Source: Raillietiella orientalis
Lineage: Eukaryota
Assembly (NCBI GenBank): GCA_036172245.1
Contig: JAYWIR010000018.1
Coordinates: forward strand, 2,852,001 to 2,916,000
Direction of reading: 5' to 3'
Length of the DNA stretch: 64,000 nt
Part shown: piece after piece, positions 25,001 to 34,000 of the stretch
Position numbering within the stretch: the stretch's first letter is position 1
Layout of the letters: each line of letters begins with the position of its first letter
Made by a program: the position numbers and the translations under genes
Notes under the pieces: generated by a model
The model's input: only the letters and a program-made list of their open reading frames with translations
The model's database searches: none
What the model was told of the DNA's origin: nothing

Positions 25001-28000
25001 TCGAGGCGTGCCTTAGGTGCAGCTGCGAAGGAAGAGGGAAGTCGCGTGCCGGCTATCTGTGTCGGGGGCGAGAGTGGCAACCAGGCGACGGCGTTGGGTG
25101 TGCGAGAAGGACCTGCTGGAAAGCGGGTGCAGCCAAGAAGTCGGGCTGCAGCTCCCGTGGGTTGCGTCCGGACTGGAATGGCGCTTGCCTTTCTTCCCAC
25201 GCGCTTCCCTATGCCCTACTCGACGTGTGCAGTGTGTAGGGCGCGACGGGAGCCTGCCATACCAGTCCGGTTGATCAGCGCATGTGAGGACTGGAGCAAA
25301 TGGTGAAAAGCTCTTGAGGCGCCTTAGCGTCACATGGCATTTACCCATAGAGGCCCGCGCCAGCTCAGACGGTGGGCTGGAATGACTTCCGGGTGGCAGA
25401 AAGGGATCATCGGTCGTTCCGACTGCAGGGTTGCACGACGAATCTGTAACTCCTGGTGATCGTTCATCTCCCTGCGGAGATGTCCACCGCGCGCGTGGCA
25501 TGTCGTCGTTGCGTCAATTGGGGCCAAAATCGTCACCCGTTCACATCCGTCCTCGTCACAGGCGCACAGGCGCTTCGCTGTTCCGTCGAGTGGTCAGTCC
25601 GTCCGTCCGCCTGTGATCTCCAAGGAGGTGACGACTGGATCCTCGCCGGCGAGTTGAGACGGCTAACCGTGCAGCAGCGAAAGAGACCACTACGTGTGGG
25701 CGTGGACCTTGCTGTTCTATCGTGGAATTCAGCGCAAGAGCAGCGCGAGCGGTAAACATGTGATATGGCTCACGGGAGTCTCGCCCTGCTTTCGTCATCG
25801 CGCGCAAAGGCACTGGTGGATTAACAGATCATGGCGATCGGCGTTGCATTCCTGGTTGGTGGACCACGATCGCACGTGTTTCAGAGGCGGCCTCGCAGCA
25901 TCCCGCCCTCGAACGAGATGCGACGAGGAGATGGGCCTCCACGCGAGTGAGTTTGGGATGCCGCAGCTATGCGCAGAGAGGGGTGGGGTAGGGTGGGAAC
26001 GAGTCTTTCGTGGTCCCGCACAGGGCGTCCGTCCGCGGACTCCACTCGGCACATGGCGCTCGAGACAGCCGCCGGATCGCGTCTAGGAGCACCGCCGGCG
26101 TCCCTGCCGTCACCGTTTCTCGAATTCCTTTCCTGGTCCTTTTTCCTTGCATCCGGGAACCCCGGAATGGCGAGGAGCGCTCACGGGCGCGCGCGGGCTG
26201 GCGTCCGTCAGCCGCCAGGTACGCCTGGCTACCCACCTGTTGCAGGCGGGGCTGCGCGCAGGGTGCCGGCGCTCTCGCGTCCCTCGGTGGCTGCCGGGTG
26301 TGGTCTGTCTGGCAAACCAGGGACCGCCGCTCGTTGCCGGCCAAGGGAACCGTGCCGTGGTGGACGCGTGCTGCCCCGCCCCCTGGGGAGCGCAAGTTCC
26401 ATCTTGCGTTCCATCTTGCGGCTCATTGGCCAGTCGTATCTTCGCCGCCCGTTGATCCGTGCGTCCTGCCTACCTGCCTGCAGTCCGTCCGGCTGGCTGG
26501 CTGGTTGGTTGTTTGTGCCGTGCTCGCGACGAGAAGGGCATCTTCCTGTGGTGTCCCCAGTGGGTCTCTCTGTCCACGGTAGCGTGTGCTGCAGCTCACC
26601 GCATTTGCTCCCCGTGCGCTCCCCTCATGGACCGCTTCAGCTCTCGGTGGCCTGTGTTGTTGGCCGGATGACGTGCGACCCGCGGTGGCGTCGTCTCGGT
26701 CGGGTGCTGACGCTGCTACTGCTGCGTCGCGGCAGCAGGCAGGCAGCCCTGCGCGTTCTCCGTCCTTCGTTCGCCCCGCCTGCTCCGGGTCTTCAGCACG
26801 AGACGCGTAGCGGTGGTCGGACGCCGTTGCCCCGGGACAGCGGATGCGGTCGCAGTTGGGACGGCGCTTCGTGAATGGGTCGTCCGGGGCCACTTGGAGA
26901 ATCATGCACTTTCCTTTGACCCGGAGGAATTCAGTTGTCTCAATGGACGATCGACCGGTCGACGGATTGCGGGAGCCTCTAGAACGTCACTGTTCTGCAA
27001 GAGTTGGAAATTTCAAGAACCTAAGAGGACTTTCTCTGTCTATGGAGTGGACCAAGGGGTGTTGAGTGCAGTACCGGGATGACGGGACGTTTACAGTAGT
27101 GGGTAGAACACCATACCAAGGAGGACACAGCGCGGACCCATGCAGCGCTTCGACGGAAGTAGATGGCACCACCTCGACGGTTGAGCAACTGACCATTCGT
27201 CCAATGCGTGAGCCGAGAAACGCGATGTGACCTCAAGTCGCTTGGGAGGTGAGCCGGTGGTCTCTGGCTGCTCGGAAACGGAGGATATGCTACGAGAAGT
27301 GGCAAGGAGGCGTTGTAGAAACGGCACCTCCCGGCTGTCTTCTCCAGTGCAGTGCTCTCTCTCGCCGCGCAAACGCCGACGACCGCTACTGCTGAGTGCG
27401 CCACACGCCTTTCATCGCTGCCGGCGTTTGCGCCCTTGAAAGTCACGTCTGTGCATTCGCCTCCCATGGTCTACAGAGGACGCGTTTTGCGCTCCGTCCG
27501 GCGCAGCCGTCTTCCGTCGGCTTTGAGGAATCCCAACCCGTGACGGGAAATCGTGCAGTTGCTTCCGGAGCGGTCAAGGTGCTGTCGCGGAAATGCGGGG
27601 CAGCTCTTTCGCCCTGGCCAAGCGTTTGCATCTTTGCTGTTCCGATGGGCCACAGCGACCGGAGAAAGTGAACTGCTCAAGGGAGTTCGCTTTTTTTCTT
27701 TGTGAGTGGAGGAACCTTCTCATCGTGGGTCCCTTTGTCAGGAAACACGGTTTGATGTTGGCACCATTGATGCTCTCAGTCTGTTGCGCACGCCTCCGCG
27801 TTTACAGAAAAGTTGGGCTGCATACGTTCGAGGAAATCCTTGACTTGCTCCACCTTCGTATTGTCCGCCTTTGGGTGAACGAAGAAGGGAGCAACGCAGC
27901 CTATTTTCAAGGAAGGGGGCAGTAGGGTGCTGGGATTACTGGTAACGATTGGAGCTCGGTAGTTTCTGCTCCATTGGATGTGAGGACCCGATGCGGACGG

Positions 28001-31000
28001 ACGAGGCGGTCGTCTCATCCTTCAACGTTTCGCGAGTCCTTGAAGTTGGCTGGGTTCGGGTGGCCAGGAATCAACTTTGCGCCACTGACAACAGATGAAT
28101 GGAGGTTCCTGCAAGTCGACGGATGCAGAGACGAATCCATTGGTCCATCAGCAGGCGAAAAATCTTGCTGCACAGGGGCACGCTTGCTCCTCTCGAGTCC
28201 ACCGGTTGTTTCCCGGAAGCGAAACGCTCGCTTTCCAATCAGGTGCCCACCCTGCAAAAGCGACGCCTCAAGGGCGTGTGAGGAATGCGGCTTTTTCTTT
28301 TTTGGCGTAAGGGCGTGTGCCAGGCTCACTTGGCCGACGACGTTGCGCGCACGAAGCTGCGGAACACATCGGCGTCCTCCTCCACGTGCGTTCGGATGCC
28401 TGCTTTTCAGCAGCACACTTCGCGGAAGACTCGTTTCGGAAGCTGCAGGGAACGCCTCGAGCATCCCCGTTCCCGCCGAAGGAATCTGTTCCAACAGGAG
28501 GGCGGAAGATACTGTTCTGTTTTTCAGCTCCGAAGCGTTCGTTTGCGTCCGTTCACTCCCCGCTCAAGTCCCCCTCTGCCGTTTCGTCCAGTCTGATGGC
28601 CGGTTTATGGACCATTTCGTCCCCCCCGAATCGCTGGAGGATTTTGGAACGGATGAAGAGGAAGTGTCACAGATAACGCGCCAGTTCGCGCGGAGAAGTC
28701 TTCTCCCCGATAAACGGAGAAGACCTTTTCCGGCTGGCGCCACGGTCGTTCAAAAGCGCGAAGAACGAACTCCCAGCCGTGAGCAGCAGCCGCGCGGCGA
28801 TGTTCGCCACTTTGATTGCAGCCGTTCGGTTCCGTGGTTCAGTCGAGCGAAAGGAGGCTCACCTTAATGTTAGGTCAGCCTTCTTTTCAGCAGCAGGAGC
28901 GCCAAGCCAGAACAGACGATGTTCCAGAAAGATGCGAAAAAGAGGAAGCGGGAGGAACAAGCCAAAACTGAAAAAACAAACAAAGAAAGCAGCCTGTGGG
29001 AGATTTGTTCGACTGTACAAGGGGTCTCCCTCTTTTGTTTTCGGTGAGAACTGGCAGAGAGCGTTGCCATGCCAGAAAGACGGCGACTCAGGTGCGGTTG
29101 GAGCCAGGCGGTGTGACTTGTAGAGCTCAAGGAATCCATCCGTAAATGTGGGGGGAGAGAGGGGAGCATCGATAACACATCACTATCCGTGATGTGTTGT
29201 CGATGCTGGGAGGGCGTTAACGCGAAAAGTGACCCTTCGCAGAGTGACCTCGGTGAAGCTCGCGTCTTGCTCATCGAGCGGGATGTCGAGGTCTTCCTGC
29301 TGGTCGAGAGTCATGCGCAGAAGCTACCAGAACGAACTCTTGCGTGCAACGCGGCTCCGTTTCCGCCGTCTGAGGGCATCTTTTCAGGGCGACTTTCGTC
29401 AAAGAGTACCACATCTTCTGGGTGAATGTGCTGTCGACCCCCGTAACCGTGAGGGCACGTCGGTCGCTCCACAAGCCGTCCACTCCAAGCCGTGCACTCA
29501 CGCCGGCGGCTCCGTCCTCCTCCGACGGGAGCAGCAGCTGGGTAAGAGCGCGCCATCCCAGGGAGACAGCGGACCGGTCATGCTGTCTTCGCTGTGGCCG
29601 CAGGTGGTTCTCGATGACGTATATGAGAGGTGCGCCGATCAGACCGTGGGATGCCTCGGGAACTCGGACACTTGCCTCGACGAACGGAACTGCGACTCCT
29701 TGGTCACCTTCCGCCGGAGCGGCCCTGCCATTGAAATGGAGCTCCTGGGAAGGATGGCGCAACCTGTCAACACGTACATCGCCGTGGGGATCAGCACGGA
29801 TGACAGAATGGTAGGTGCTTCCTCCACCCGCAACACTTGCACCAGAGGGGATGAAGTGTGCATGTGGTGCGCCTGGCCTCCCGCTTCTGTCGCCGCTACC
29901 GCCTTCCTCCCGCCATCCAGGGCTGCTACCGCGCCGATGTTCGATCGACGTCTCTCGCGGAGATTCCCCCGCACGCTGTCGGGTCAGCAGTCGGGTCCAG
30001 CTCAAGGACACTCCTCCATCCTCGCCGTTTCCCTCCCGCGGTCCAGAATTGCGGCTTCTTCCTTCCCTCTCCCTGCCTCCGTCCTCGCGGGCGGGAACTC
30101 CCCGAGGAGGGAGAAGGTCGACTCTCGTTTGTGAGGAATCTGGCGCGCCAGCCAGCCCAAGTGCGCCTGTAGTCAGTGGATGGCGAGGAGAGGGAAGGAG
30201 CCGGATTCCGCCCGCGGGCGTCGCGGAGTCACCTGCCGGCTTTGGGTCCAGACGGTTCTCGAGAACACGCCAGGAGAACAAGGGAGGGTAAGAGCCTGTG
30301 GACTTCCCAACTGTGAGGAGAGGGTGGGGTGCAGGAACTACCCCCTTCCCAGACTTGAGGAGGAATTCCCTGCTGCGAATTCATCCTTTCCCTGCGGCCA
30401 GGGTCCGCTGCTCCGCCGCGCGCAGCGGCCTCGTCCATTTGCGTGCTCGTGAGAGGTCAGCTGCGTTGCAACGTCGCTCCCGGAGGCAGACGCACTCCCG
30501 TTTCCTCGTCCGTTTGCGGGACATGTTCCGAACGGCGCTCGAAGATCCGGGGACCACCACTATCACTCGAGTGGGGGAAGTCAGGGGAGGTGCAGCCGCA
30601 GGAACGGCGATCGGGAAGAAGCAGACGGGACCCACGAAGGGCCCGGAGGAGAGTCCCGGGCCTAAGCGGGTTCGCGCGCCTTCTTCGGTTGAATCCGTCC
30701 CCCCCCCCCTTCGTCTTCTGGGGAACCCGCGGTCTCCGAGTGGGCGGCAGTCCACCGCTGCCTCGGACGCGTTCCTGGTCCAAGGCCACCTCCAAGGCTG
30801 CCGAATCCAGCGCTCGCCGCCCTCGGGACAGGCACACGCGGTTCCTCGAAGCGCGCAAAGATGGAGGCAGCATTCCTGCCGCACAGGTGCCCAAAGGTCG
30901 TCCCTATCGAGTCCCGGAAGGGCTCTGAGGAAAACAGGAGCCATCTGGGAGCTATTCCTGTCTGGGGAATCCTCGAAGCGGCAGGGAAGCGAGGAAAACG

Positions 31001-34000
31001 CAAGGAGAAGAGGGAAATGTATCGCTGGAAAGTTCTGGTTCCCGGAGTTCCGGAAGGAGCAGAGGAAAGCGCGCGGGTGAGGTGGGGAGGGGTCCACGCG
31101 AACGGCCGACGCGGAGCAGAGTGGAGGTCTCCCTTCCTCCAGATCCCTGCTCCTGGGAGACTGTCGCAAGGCTGTGGCGCGCTGCTCGGTCAACTTGTGC
31201 GAGCTTGCCTTGCGTAGGGGTCGCCTCTTTCAAACGCCAGCTCTGAGGCTCCTTCCCCGGCAACTCTGCGGGCGGAGCTCGGACGACGGCGCAGCGCATT
31301 CGGTCTCTTCGATCCTCCTCCTGTGAGGGGTTTTCGGCACCCTCGGGAACTGCATCTTCTTTCCCAAGGGAGACGACTTCGTGGTCCAGTGCGTGAGGAT
31401 CGGAGTCCAGATGCAGATGCAAACGAGCTGGAACCACGACAGGCACAACCACCTCCAGGAGCAGGTAGGAGACGGCTCCCCTTCCCCCCTTGGCCTCCTC
31501 TGGAGCCCTCTCGAGCGCGCTCCTCCCCGTAGATGCATCTGGTGCAGACGCTGGAAACTGCCGATCGGGATGGCCACCTGTACTGCCGGTTCCGGTTGCA
31601 GTCCACCTTCTCCATGATGAAGCAATCCTTCGACCTGATCGGCAGCAGATACCACCTGCTGGTTGCGAGGGGACCGGAAAAGGAAGGTAGCTGGAGGGCA
31701 AAGAGGTTCCTGGAGCTTCCGCTTCTCTCCGTCCCCTTCTGCTATCCTCGGAAGGAAGGGAGAAGCTGGACGGCTCGCGAGCAGTGATAGAGATCTGATC
31801 CGCTTCCTTCAGCGCGCCTCCTTCAATCTCCATCGCTGCTGCGGGGGCGGGGGGCGACGGCGGGGGAGCGAAGGTTTCGCGGAAGACTGCCAGTCCGGTG
31901 AGGCTGGCGTTCCCCGCAGGCAGGCTGACGACGCGCGCATGCGCGGTGAAGGCTCTGACCATCACCGCGCACGTGACCCTCGACCGCAGTTTGTTAGTCA
32001 GATGCGAACGTCCTCCTCCTCCTCCTCACCACCACCACCACCATTACCAGCAACGTCATCGTATCTTTATCGTTACCATCCTCTTCATCTCGACACCGTC
32101 GCAGTGATCACCATCGCCACCACTTTCATCGTTGTCGCCTCTACCTGAACGCTGCCACGGTCGCCGTACACCGCTGGCACCGCTGCCATCTTGCTCCGGA
32201 AAGACGCGGGGCAAAAGAACGCGCGGTGGAACGCTCACGGCGCGTACGGGCTGCCCGCAGAGAGGGCAGGCAGGGGGTGGGCAGTTCCTTCCACTCGTCT
32301 CTCTTTCGAGGACAGTTGGTGGACCTTCGCGCTCGCGCACCTCGGAGCCGAGTCCTTCCGGGGGGAGGAATGGCCAGAGTCCTCTTCGAGCCCTGATTTT
32401 TTGTCCGAGAGCTCCTTCGAGGCACGCTTGTAACAGTGGCAACCTCCGCCGCGCTCCCCGCTGCGGGTTCCCTTCGTCGCCGCTGTCTCGTCTCGGCGGC
32501 TCTCCTGCACCGGTGGCTCAGCGTCCACTTCTTCTCTTGTAGCACCCGTCCCTCCCTCCCCTCCTTGGTCTTTGGCTTTCGAGGAGCCAGCAGCGCATCC
32601 TCTCTAGGGTTTTGAGAAGAAGCACGCCATGGCCGTTTTCCCAAGCTCCATCTCGGAGGTGCTCTTGCAGTTTTCTCTCAACTTCTGCTCGGCATCTCAC
32701 GCCATCACATGCCCTCTACCACTTTTGGGCCCTTTTCCCTCGTTTTGAACGAAATCATCCGGAGATTCCCAGGCAAGAGGGAACGCTGCAAGTCCCTGAC
32801 TGCGAACTTCGGAGCGAAGAGGCATTGATTCCAGCCATCTTCCCGGTGACGCCAGTCGTGTGATTTCTAGTTCGACATACGAAATCAAGATGTCATCCTA
32901 TATCTCGTTTTTCCCCGGACGCTCCTCCAGGACGGGCAGCTCCCTGCTGAAACCTGGCCCTTCACGGGAAGTAGGAAATCCCTTCCCTTGCACGCATCAC
33001 ACCTGTCGCGAATCTCCTGTCCTCTAGAACAACCGGTGTTCATCCCATTTCTGACATGAAAATTTTTCGTCCCAATTGTCACACCCTTCGAATTATCCAT
33101 CGATTTCTCTCAGAAGTTTTATCCTACCGACCGAGTCCTTTTCTAGCTTCTTTCTCTCCATTGGACCCCCTGATTTCTTCTTTCCACCATGCTTCATCTC
33201 CTGTGAAGTAGGTTAGAGGTCTGCTCGGCTGAGCCCCTCCGGCTGTCCGTCGTTTCCTGGTAACCCGGCTCTGCGTAGTAAACCGACACGGTTCATTCAG
33301 AGTGGGAAAGAGAGGAGCGCGAAGGACGCTCCTCCGCACTTCACTCCTTTCTCTCGCGAAATGCTGTATTTCATCGTGGTGTCCGTCGTCCATCGCTCGT
33401 ATTCTGCTGTCCGTCGGCCTCTTTCGTCCGTGACATTTGCGTTTACCGAGTTTCTTCCGACGGGTGCAGCGCGAGTTCGGGTTTGCGACTAGCGGTGGCA
33501 GCACGGGTCTCCCCGAGAGTGGAACGAGCGCTGGCAGCAGCACGAAAGCTCGCATTTCCCGCCGGATGAGAGCCGCGTCCCAGAGGCCTGTGCACCGAAG
33601 GTTAGCCGGTCAGCTCGACGGACAGGAATGGGGCCCGAGACGTGCTCTCCAAGCGAACCGCGTCACCCCATTCTTGAAACTCTGCGTTCCCGAAAGGGCA
33701 GTCCGGTTCCGATTTCGCGATCCTGTTGGCTCCTCCGAGCGGGAGGCGCGCCGTGGAGAACCATCGGAGCTTTCGCGTTCTGCAGAAGCTGCCGAAATGG
33801 ATCTCAGCCCGCTGGGCAGGATCTGGTTGGCAGCGAACCCCCAGAGGCACGGCACGCTTCTCGCGGCGGGAGCTCCGTCACTCTAGAAAGTACCAACTGG
33901 GGAATTCCGTCCCTTAGTCTGGGCTACGGCTCTCAGGATTCCCACATTCGGAACCGTTCCTGGAATCTGATCGACCAAGGACGGCAACTTCTTCAGTCTT

